This document shows positions 1 through 6,967 of a stretch of DNA of 16,152 bases, in pieces. The stretch comes from Calditrichaceae bacterium. Lineage in GTDB: Bacteria > Calditrichota > Calditrichia > Calditrichales > JBFXGD01. Every line of letters begins with the position of its first letter. Position 1 is the stretch's first letter. The stretch spans positions 1-16,152 of the forward strand of contig JBFXGD010000068.1 in the NCBI GenBank assembly GCA_050178385.1. The letters run 5' to 3'. The position numbers and the translations under genes were made by a program. The notes under the pieces are model-generated. The model saw only the letters and a list, made by a program, of their open reading frames with translations. It made no database searches and had not been told where the DNA came from.

Positions 1-77
1 GAACTGAGCTGTACATGATGGTTTCTTGTCTGACGAACTAACTGATCAAGATGAGCTCCCGCATGATTAATCTTCAT
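1..77 (-). CDS. 5' end of a probable Pycsar-effector-family (DUF5706) membrane protein, truncated by the window edge
   Basis: Manual minus-strand translation from ATG at 77: MKINHAGAHLDQLVRQTRNHHVQLS(S). Strong SD AAGGAG (ctcctt at 82-87). The motif RQTRxHHVQLSS resembles the DUF5706 N-terminus, which normally continues MADxKAN. Only 25 codons are visible. Confidence 0.6.
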   Translation of the reverse strand, partial: MKINHAGAHLDQLVRQTRNHHVQLS

Positions 78-215
78 AAATCTCCTTACTTAATAGTATC
101 CAGGGTAATCTTTTTTGGATAATTTAACAAAATCTATTAGAAATTGTAACTACGTTGAATTTTTCCTATCAAAGTAACTAGTATTAATGTTCAATAATAT
201 AAAGGAGTCAAAACA

Positions 216-602
216 ATGAGTTACCATTTTAGCAAGGAAACAGACTACGGATTTCAGGAAGCCATCGATCTTGTCACATCGAAACTCAAATCAGTCGGTT
301 TCGGAATTATTACGGAGATTGATATTACCAATACATTCAAAACCAAACTGAATGTGGACTTCCCAAATTATCGCATTTTAGGCGCGTGCAATCCTGTAAA
401 TGCCCATAAGGTTTTACAGCACGACGACAAAGCGGGCACCATGCTTCCTTGTAATGTCGTTGTGCAGGAAAAAACAAACGGTAAAACGGAAATCTCTTTT
501 ATTGACCCGAGCGCCTCATTCAAAGCAGTGGAAAACAAGGAAGTTCAGAAAATCGTTTCGGAAATCAGCGCAAAAATGCGGTCAGTTTTTGAAATAATCT
601 AA
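216..602 (+). CDS. DUF302 domain-containing protein
   Basis: 128 aa with GFGIITEID, YRILGACNP, LPCNVVV and IDP motifs typical of DUF302. SD AAAGGAG at 201-207. Confidence 0.9.
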   Translation: MSYHFSKETDYGFQEAIDLVTSKLKSVGFGIITEIDITNTFKTKLNVDFPNYRILGACNPVNAHKVLQHDDKAGTMLPCNVVVQEKTNGKTEISFIDPSASFKAVENKEVQKIVSEISAKMRSVFEII

Positions 603-715
603 GTAAGTACCCGAATAATTATTTATTAAAATCGAACCGGATGCCAAAGCTTCCGGCAAAGTTAATATTACTTCAGAGAAGATTCATAGCATCGCGTTGA
701 TAATTAAGCCCTTAT

Positions 716-744
716 TTGCATCGTTCTTTTTAATCCGTTAAATT
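716..744 (+). promoter_or_regulatory. Putative sigma-70-type promoter of the phosphotransferase gene
   Basis: TTGCAT (716-721), 17-nt spacer, TAAATT (739-744), about 50 nt upstream of ATG 793. Confidence 0.5.
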
Positions 745-792
745 TTAATCAATTCTGAACACTATAAAAAAGACGCATGCCAGAAAGGCCTT

Positions 793-2223
793 ATGACAAC
801 TGTCATTCAAAACAATCTTATCAAGCTCTTTGAAGAATGGGCGAATGAATCATTTTTAAAAATAAATCAGCTTCCCATGCAGGGATCCGACCGGCAGTAT
901 TTCCGGATTTCAGGACATAATAAAACGGCTGTCGGAGTTTATAATCCGGATCGTAAAGAAAATTCCGCTTTCATTGGTTTTTCAAAGCATTTTTCAGCCA
1001 AAGGGTTAAATGTCCCCGAAATTTATGCTGAGAATCCGGATAAAAGCTGTTATCTGATTCAGGATTTGGGCGACACCACTCTCTTCTCTTATCTGACGAC
1101 AAGCCGGGAATCCGGCGAGTTTCCACAACCCTTGATGAGCCTCTACAAAAAAGTAATCGACGCGCTTCCCCGATTCCAGATCGAGGGCGGCAGTGGAATC
1201 GATTACCGGCTCTGCTATCCCCGGGGCAGCTTTGACAGACAGTCCATGATGTGGGATCTTAATTATTTTAAATATTATTTTTTAAAACTGGCCAAAGTCC
1301 CATTTGATGAGCAAAAACTCGAAGACGATTTTCTAAAATTTACAGACTATCTGCTCGAAGCCGATCATGACTATTATATGTACCGGGATTTTCAGTCACG
1401 CAATATCATGATCCGGGACGATGAACCCTTTTTTATTGATTATCAGGGCGGCAGAAAAGGCCCTCTGCAGTATGATCTGGCTTCGCTCCTCTATGACGCG
1501 AAAGCGGATCTGCCAAATGATATCCGCCAGGAGCTGCTTGAAAGATACATGGAATCTATGGGACAATTTATTAATTTTGACCGCGATAAATTTCTCCGTC
1601 ATTATTACGGTTTTGTCCTTATCCGCATCATGCAGGCTTTGGGGGCTTATGGTTTCCGTGGATTTTATGAGCGCAAAGAGCATTTTTTACAGAGCGTCCC
1701 CTATGCCATTCAAAATCTCGAATGGGTACTCCGTAATACAGAGCTTCCCGTTGGCATCCCGGAACTTAAAAACGCCTGGGAACAAATGGTGCAAACCGCT
1801 GAGCTGCGCCAGTTTGGGCACCCTCAACTGCATCTGAATATACGCGTACAAAGTTTTTCGTATAGACGGGGGATCCCGGTGGATGAAAAAGGAAACGGCG
1901 GCGGTTTTGTTTTTGACTGCCGGTTGCTGCCCAATCCGGGGAGATATAATGAATATAAAGAACTAACCGGAAATGATCCTGAAGTTATTTCATTTCTTGA
2001 AAAAAAGGATGAAGTCGGTTCCTTCCTGGCCCACTTAAAAAAGGTGATTGATCAGGCAGTTGAATCCTATCAAAAACAGAATTATACGGATTTGATGATC
2101 GCGTTCGGCTGCACCGGAGGCCAGCACAGATCGGTTTATTGCGCGAATCAGATGGCATCACATCTCAAAGAAAAATATAATATCAGTGTGGATCTGCGGC
2201 ACCGGGAGCAGGAGAGGAAGTAA
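793..2223 (+). CDS. AmgK-like (APH-family) anomeric MurNAc/GlcNAc phosphotransferase fused to a RapZ C-terminal domain
   Basis: N-terminal kinase motifs GSDRQYFR, QDLGD, YRDFQSRNIM, IDYQG and GPLQYDLASLL. C-terminal part from about nt 1834 has SFSYRRGIP, FVFDCRLLPNP, LTGND, IAFGCTGGQHRSV and HRE, characteristic of the RapZ/YvcJ C-terminal domain. Adjacent to a MurU-like gene. Confidence 0.85.
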   Translation: MTTVIQNNLIKLFEEWANESFLKINQLPMQGSDRQYFRISGHNKTAVGVYNPDRKENSAFIGFSKHFSAKGLNVPEIYAENPDKSCYLIQDLGDTTLFSYLTTSRESGEFPQPLMSLYKKVIDALPRFQIEGGSGIDYRLCYPRGSFDRQSMMWDLNYFKYYFLKLAKVPFDEQKLEDDFLKFTDYLLEADHDYYMYRDFQSRNIMIRDDEPFFIDYQGGRKGPLQYDLASLLYDAKADLPNDIRQELLERYMESMGQFINFDRDKFLRHYYGFVLIRIMQALGAYGFRGFYERKEHFLQSVPYAIQNLEWVLRNTELPVGIPELKNAWEQMVQTAELRQFGHPQLHLNIRVQSFSYRRGIPVDEKGNGGGFVFDCRLLPNPGRYNEYKELTGNDPEVISFLEKKDEVGSFLAHLKKVIDQAVESYQKQNYTDLMIAFGCTGGQHRSVYCANQMASHLKEKYNISVDLRHREQERK

Positions 2224-2310
2224 AAACAAGAAAAAAGATAAAAGATAAAAGAAAAAAGAGAAGAAAGTAAAAAGCGTTAAGAGTTAAGAGTGCAAGAGTT
2301 ATGAGTAGGG
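2222..2310 (+). repeat. Purine-rich degenerate heptamer tracts (GATAAAA-type followed by GAGTTAA-type)
   Basis: gaaaaaa-gataaaa-gataaaa-gaaaaaa (2230-2257), then gcgttaa-gagttaa-gagtgcaa-gagttat-gagtagg (from 2274). Confidence 0.7.
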
Positions 2311-2327
2311 GTTGTTCCGGCAGCCCC
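2305..2327 (+). repeat. GTAG-type REP-like hairpin
   Basis: GTAGGGGTTG-ttccgg-CAGCCCC: starts with the GTAG tetranucleotide and forms a 7-bp stem with one G-T pair. Confidence 0.5.
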
Positions 2328-2340
2328 AAAATGTCATCCT

Positions 2341-2360
2341 GCCCGCCAGAGGCGGGTTTT
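2341..2360 (+). terminator. GC hairpin with short U tract; possible intrinsic terminator or REP-like palindrome
   Basis: CCCGCC-aga-GGCGGG followed by TTTT (2357-2360), 118 nt after the kinase stop codon. Confidence 0.4.
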
Positions 2361-2460
2361 AAGAAGAGGGATCTTTTGCTTACTTGGAAAAAACACGCTG
2401 TTGATCTAAAATTGATTGTTTAGATTCTTCGGGGCGAATTTTATGTGAAAGCAAAAGCAT

Positions 2461-2535
2461 TAACCCTCCCCTCGATCCCCTCCCTTATGCATAAGGGAGG
2501 GGAAGGGCATGATTTATCAGGCCCGGGGTGGGTTA
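2461..2535. repeat. REP-like composite palindrome
   Basis: Perfect 28-bp palindrome TCCCCTCCCTTATGCATAAGGGAGGGGA (2476-2503). Second hairpin GGGCATGATTTATCAGGCCC (2505-2524). Both are enclosed by an outer stem TAACCCTCCCC / GGGGTGGGTTA with one mismatch. Confidence 0.8.
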
Positions 2536-2538
2536 GAA

Positions 2539-2586
2539 GAAGTAGGAAGTAGGAAGTAGGAAGTAGGAAGTAGGAAGTAGGAAGTA
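2539..2586 (+). repeat. Tandem heptamer (GAAGTAG)x6 plus a partial seventh copy
   Basis: Six perfect GAAGTAG units at 2539-2580 followed by GAAGTA. Confidence 0.95.
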
Positions 2587-2630
2587 AAAAATAAGAAAAA
2601 AGATAAAAGAAGAAAGCCAAAACTTATTAA

Positions 2631-3371
2631 ATGAAAGCAATGATATTCGCGGCGGGCCTGGGTACAAGACTGCATCCTTTGACCGCGGCCAAACCAAAGG
2701 CTTTGGTTGAGGTCGGAGGCGTTCCAATGATTGACCTTCTGATCCGCCGGTTAATCCATTTTGGCTTCGATGAAATAATCATCAATGTTCATCATTTTGC
2801 CGATCAGATTATCTCCTTTATCAAATCAAAAAATTCTTACTATATCCGGATTGAGATATCGGTGGAAGATACTCTGCTCGATACTGGGGGCGGACTGCAA
2901 AAGGCAGCCTGGTTTTTTAATGACCAACAACCATTTCTGCTACATAACGTGGATGTTCTCTCTGATTTAGATTTAAAAAATTTAATGAATTACCATCAGC
3001 AGACCGGAGCTCTCGCCACTCTCGCGGTCAGGGATCGCAAAACATCACGCTATCTGCTTTTTGACAGGAACAATCAATTATGCGGCTGGAAATCTGTCAA
3101 AGAGGACAAAACCATCATTACCCGGCCGTCCGGAGACCTGATTCCCCTGTCATTTACGGGTATACAGCTGCTTAATCCTGAAATTTTGAACCTTTTTAAT
3201 GAAAATGCCCCTTTCCCGATTATTGATTTTTACCTCAGACTCGCGGGGATGAACAGGAATATTCAGGGTTTCAGGGATGATCATTCAAGATGGATTGATC
3301 TGGGAAATCCCGCAAATTTGGAACTTGCCGAAAAATTATTCAAAAATGATTTCAGAAACGATAAATTCTAA
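2631..3371 (+). CDS. Sugar-1-phosphate nucleotidyltransferase, MurU-like (MurNAc-alpha-1-P uridylyltransferase)
   Basis: MKAMIFAAGLGTRLHPLT...PKALVEV, LLDTGGGL, FLLHNVDV and WIDLG motifs; about 246 aa with no C-terminal beta-helix; directly downstream of an AmgK-like kinase. Confidence 0.85.
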   Translation: MKAMIFAAGLGTRLHPLTAAKPKALVEVGGVPMIDLLIRRLIHFGFDEIIINVHHFADQIISFIKSKNSYYIRIEISVEDTLLDTGGGLQKAAWFFNDQQPFLLHNVDVLSDLDLKNLMNYHQQTGALATLAVRDRKTSRYLLFDRNNQLCGWKSVKEDKTIITRPSGDLIPLSFTGIQLLNPEILNLFNENAPFPIIDFYLRLAGMNRNIQGFRDDHSRWIDLGNPANLELAEKLFKNDFRNDKF

Positions 3372-3607
3372 TCCTTGCTTTTTACACATAATTCTTTAAG
3401 TTTAAACGTAGCCATTACATACTTAAGAAATAATCTCATTAAAACGGACAATTTAATCTTTACATTGCGCATAAATTATTTTTGGGGGATTTACCTTGCA
3501 AGGTATTGCAGTGACGGTCATCATGGATAATTTTTCCATTCAGGATATATTGTTAAAACACTTCTCAAATCCGGCGGCAACCAATCATTTAATAGAACAG
3601 GATTTGA

Positions 3608-4015
3608 ATGGATTCTCCAGCTGAAAGACGAACATTGCACAGGATTGAATTACCCGGAACAAAAGTATTGTATAAAAAGCCCGGGGGTATTGATTTTTTT
3701 AATACTTATTCAAAACCTGTGGAATTGATTAATATCTCAAAAGGCGGTATGTGCATCACGGTTACCGAATCCTTTGAATTTGGTGATTCTGTGGCCATGA
3801 AAGTCTATTTCCCTGATGGTGAAAAATTGAAATTAAAAGGCCAGGTACGCTGGCATAAACCCGAATTAACCAATGGTTCATATACGGTGGGAATACAGTT
3901 TTTTGCTTTTGGATATCAAAGAAAATACAATTCCGTCAAAGCCCTCGATTATCTCCGCACCCTTAAAGATCAAACCCTGTCGGCAGCGCAGCAAAAAGTG
4001 AATTCCGAAACCTGA
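3608..4015 (+). CDS. Stand-alone PilZ domain protein (putative c-di-GMP receptor)
   Basis: N-terminal ERRTLHR (RxxxR), then NISKGG ((D/N)xSxxG), LKGQVRW and YTVGIQF strands. Confidence 0.85.
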   Translation: MDSPAERRTLHRIELPGTKVLYKKPGGIDFFNTYSKPVELINISKGGMCITVTESFEFGDSVAMKVYFPDGEKLKLKGQVRWHKPELTNGSYTVGIQFFAFGYQRKYNSVKALDYLRTLKDQTLSAAQQKVNSET

Positions 4016-4195
4016 TCAAAATTATTCATCGATATCGATTTTGTAAAAATAACCATCGAACGGTCACCTGCCGGACATCCGGTTGAAATATAAATAGTTA
4101 AAAATCGGCAATGGTATGTTCGCATATCTCACCGGCCTTTTTTTTATTAGATTAAATTTTGGTTTATTATCATACTATCCTAAATCTCAAAGCGT

Positions 4196-4224
4196 TTGAT
4201 CGTTAAAATTTATTTTTCTATATT
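4196..4224 (+). promoter_or_regulatory. Putative sigma-70-type promoter of the symporter
   Basis: TTGATC (4196-4201), 17-nt spacer, TATATT (4219-4224), about 50 nt upstream of ATG 4276. Confidence 0.5.
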
Positions 4225-4275
4225 TAGTTAAATCCACATGCATAGATTATTACATCCTTAATCTGAGAATGATTT

Positions 4276-5529
4276 ATGAAACTTCAACTTCATTGGCAGA
4301 TTCTTATCGCGCTGATTCTGGGAATCTTATTCGCGTTTATTTCCAGGATTTTTCATTTTGAGTCATTTGTAATCGATAAACTTTCCATACTCGGAACCAT
4401 CTTTCTTCGCGCCCTGCGCATGATTATTGTGCCCTTAATAGTCTCTTCAATCATCTCCGGAGTTACCAGCATCGGCAGCGCTGAAAACTTTGGCAGAATG
4501 AGTTTGAAAACGTTTACTTACTACATCTCCACCAGTTTACTGGCTATTCTCACCGGTCTGATATTGGTCAATTTAATTCAACCCGGCGTCGGCGCGGAAC
4601 TGGGATTTGAAAAAATACCCGAGGAGTTGAGTGCGAATGTCGAGAGACTTGGCGATACGCTACTGGGAATTATACCTACAAACCCCCTGGCTTCTATGGT
4701 AAACGGTGATATTCTGCCAACGATTTTTTTCTCCTTATTATTTGGTTTTTTTATTACCCGCGCGCCGGAACCGTATAATCAGAAGATGACCGATTTTTTC
4801 CAGGGTGTTTTTGAAGTCATGATGAAGCTATCCCATTTTATAATCCTTTTTACCCCGATCGGTGTGTTTTCGCTCATGGCAAAAATTGTCGCGCAAACCG
4901 GTACTGATGTCTTTCTGCCGCTCGGCGGATATATGGTGACGGTAATTTTAGCCCTGACGATTCACGCGGTTATTACGCTTCCGGCGCTATTATATTTTAT
5001 CGGCGGTATTAATCCCGTCTCTCACGTTAAAGCCATGTCTGCCGCGCTAATGACCGCTTTCTCCACATCATCTTCTTCAGTTACTTTGCCGCTGACAATG
5101 GATTGCATCGAAAACAACGCCGGCGCTTCCAACAAAGTGAGCAGTTTTGTTCTCCCGCTGGGCGCTACGATTAATATGGACGGAACTGCACTCTATGAAT
5201 GTGTCGCCGCCATGTTTATCGCGCAGGTTTATGGGATTGAACTGGGATTTACTCAGCAGTTTATTGTCGTTTTAACTGCCCTGCTTGCCAGCATCGGTGC
5301 TGCCGGCATTCCTATGGCCGGATTAGTAATGATGACAATTATCCTTGGCGCGGTCGGCCTGCCACTGGAGGGTCTTGGTTTAATTCTGGCTGTAGATCGG
5401 GTGCTCGATATGATGCGCACATCTGTAAATGTCTGGAGTGATTCATGCGGAACGATTATAATCGCCCGAAGCGAAGGTGAGCAAAATTTAAAAGTATTAC
5501 GGTCAAAATTATTAAATTCGGTCAGTTAA
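4276..5529 (+). CDS. Dicarboxylate/amino acid:cation symporter (DAACS/SDF family, GltP/GltPh-like)
   Basis: 417-aa hydrophobic protein with FLRALRMIIVPL, AFSTSSSSVTLP, FVLPLGATINMDGTALY and AVDRVLDMMRTSVNVWSD motifs. Confidence 0.95.
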   Translation: MKLQLHWQILIALILGILFAFISRIFHFESFVIDKLSILGTIFLRALRMIIVPLIVSSIISGVTSIGSAENFGRMSLKTFTYYISTSLLAILTGLILVNLIQPGVGAELGFEKIPEELSANVERLGDTLLGIIPTNPLASMVNGDILPTIFFSLLFGFFITRAPEPYNQKMTDFFQGVFEVMMKLSHFIILFTPIGVFSLMAKIVAQTGTDVFLPLGGYMVTVILALTIHAVITLPALLYFIGGINPVSHVKAMSAALMTAFSTSSSSVTLPLTMDCIENNAGASNKVSSFVLPLGATINMDGTALYECVAAMFIAQVYGIELGFTQQFIVVLTALLASIGAAGIPMAGLVMMTIILGAVGLPLEGLGLILAVDRVLDMMRTSVNVWSDSCGTIIIARSEGEQNLKVLRSKLLNSVS

Positions 5530-5620
5530 GAAAAAATAAATTCCGTTTAATCCATGATTCGCTCAGCTTAAGATTCCGTCAGCTGAAATCCCGGAATCAA
5601 TTTATCCGAAGGTTTAAAAT

Positions 5621-6331
5621 ATGGATATTAATCTAACATATCAGGACTCTATAAGGCTGCTCAAAATCCTTATGGGACGCCATGATATTATTCCCGAAAT
5701 CAATTCAAAAAACAATCTGCTTACATATTTTGATGATGTGAATGAAAAAATATTTGATTTTCGTCCTCCTCTCCCTATTCCGCAGATCTCTGCGATCAGC
5801 GAATCCGCTCTTTTTTCTGAACTGCCGCTTGTCCTGCCGCCGCCCTACCTGATCTTATTGATTCAGGCGGGTAACAGCGCCCTTGCGTATATCAAAGAGG
5901 GTAAAATCGAAAAACATAAAGTAATAAAAAAATACATGGTCCGAAAAAAACAGGGCAAATCCCAGATATCCTATTTGAAAACAAAGGGAAAATCGCGCGC
6001 GGGTTCAAGAGTTCGGCTTGCGAACGCGGTGCTGTTTTTCGAAGAAATTAATGCAAAACTTCAGGAGTGGACAAAGGGGAACGAGGTCGGACGAATCCTT
6101 TACAGCTGGCCGGTGTCAATGTCGGAGCTGATTTATAATTCAAAAATTAAACCTCCTTTTGAAAAAAAAGACAGCCGTCTGATCAAAATACCGATGGATG
6201 TCAATATTCCAAACTTTGCTGAACTTCAGAGGGTTAACCGGTTCGTAATGAAGGGATATTTAAGGCAATACAAAGAAAATAACCTTGTCAAAGAAATGCT
6301 GGGAGAAATTGTGGATGGTTCGGACAAATAA
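5621..6331 (+). CDS. Bacterial Vms1/ANKZF1-like release factor 1 (bVLRF1) family protein
   Basis: ILLIQAGNSALA...HKVIKKYMVRKKQGKSQ...GKSRAGSRVRLAN aligns by eye with the Vms1/ANKZF1 core (HKxxxRYTxRxKQGGSQ...SAGxxLRxxN). C-terminal PPFEKKDSRLIKIP..V..PNFAELQRV also fits the family. Confidence 0.75.
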   Translation: MDINLTYQDSIRLLKILMGRHDIIPEINSKNNLLTYFDDVNEKIFDFRPPLPIPQISAISESALFSELPLVLPPPYLILLIQAGNSALAYIKEGKIEKHKVIKKYMVRKKQGKSQISYLKTKGKSRAGSRVRLANAVLFFEEINAKLQEWTKGNEVGRILYSWPVSMSELIYNSKIKPPFEKKDSRLIKIPMDVNIPNFAELQRVNRFVMKGYLRQYKENNLVKEMLGEIVDGSDK

Positions 6332-6361
6332 AAAAGGCCGACCCATCATTTTGGGCCGACC
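6330..6361 (-). terminator. Intrinsic terminator of the DxDGDG-repeat protein gene
   Basis: Minus strand GGTCGGCCCA-aaatga-TGGGTCGGCC-TTTTTT: 10-bp stem with two G-U pairs that form only on the minus-strand RNA, then a U tract. Confidence 0.75.
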
Positions 6362-6397
6362 GTTGTGGGGGTATTAAGATTTTAAATACTATGAGCG

Positions 6398-6919
6398 TTA
6401 GTTAGTTTTCCCGGCTTGTTTTACATTCCCTTTCGGACCTGTGCCGTCGCATTCACCCGATTCGCCGCCTAAGCCTTCTCCGCTCTGAATTTTACCCTGC
6501 ATATTACCATACTGATTCTGCATACCCGTTCCATCCGCGGGACGCACATAATCTTCATCCTGGCCATTTGGTATGCCGTCACCATCCGCATCCGGTGCGT
6601 TATCATTAAATCCGTCACCGTCTTCATCGATATACCCGCCGACTCCATGGCCGCCGCTCGCTTTGGGACCGGTGTAATCTTCATCTATGGCATTCGGAAT
6701 TCCGTCACCATCATGATCCGGCGCGTTGTCATTATATCCGTCGCCATTTTCGTCAACAAAATTGACTCTGGATTGAACCTGTGATTTAGTTTTCGTTGCT
6801 GTTTTCACCTGATTTTTGTAACGATTCTGATTTTTTACTTCAAGTGAATCCTGTGCATTGGCTTCCGCAAAAAAGGCCATAAGCAGTAAAGCCATGATAA
6901 ATCCTGTTAAGCGTTTCAT
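6398..6919 (-). CDS. Secreted low-complexity protein with duplicated DxDGDG (thrombospondin-3/EF-loop-like) putative Ca2+-binding repeats
   Basis: Start reassigned from 6991 to ATG 6919 (SD GGAGG at 6927-6931). MKRLTGFIMALLLMAFFAEANA-Q is a Sec signal peptide. Two 29-aa repeats: FVDENGDGYNDNAPDHDGDGIPNAIDEDY and YIDEDGDGFNDNAPDADGDGIPNGQDEDY. Confidence 0.8.
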   Translation of the reverse strand: MKRLTGFIMALLLMAFFAEANAQDSLEVKNQNRYKNQVKTATKTKSQVQSRVNFVDENGDGYNDNAPDHDGDGIPNAIDEDYTGPKASGGHGVGGYIDEDGDGFNDNAPDADGDGIPNGQDEDYVRPADGTGMQNQYGNMQGKIQSGEGLGGESGECDGTGPKGNVKQAGKTN

Positions 6920-6967
6920 TTTTAATCCTCCGATGATTAATGAGTATGTTAATTTATTACTCATTAA

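Noticed and set aside
2224..2630. Possible CRISPR array or autonomous IS element in the repeat-rich spacer
   Set aside because: No repeat-spacer periodicity of CRISPR size, no cas gene and no transposase ORF.
2533..2727. 64-aa minus-strand ORF with repeated YFLLPTS
   Set aside because: It is the translation of the GAAGTAG heptamer array and overlaps the murU-like gene antisense; not a credible protein.
400..2970. Alternative-frame and antisense ORFs 400-597, 1396-1683, 1421-1837 and 2785-2970
   Set aside because: Fully overlap well-supported genes and show no recognisable motifs.
3484..3500. GG-N10-GC pattern (GGGGGATTTACCTTGCA) upstream of the PilZ gene
   Set aside because: Lacks the TGGCAC -24 element; too weak to call a sigma-54 promoter.
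4016..4275. Riboswitch upstream of the amino-acid symporter; small GGTATG-TTCG-CATATC hairpin and T run near 4113-4145
   Set aside because: No recognisable glycine, lysine, SAM or other aptamer consensus, and the likely promoter (4196-4224) lies downstream of it. At most a weak terminator for the PilZ gene.
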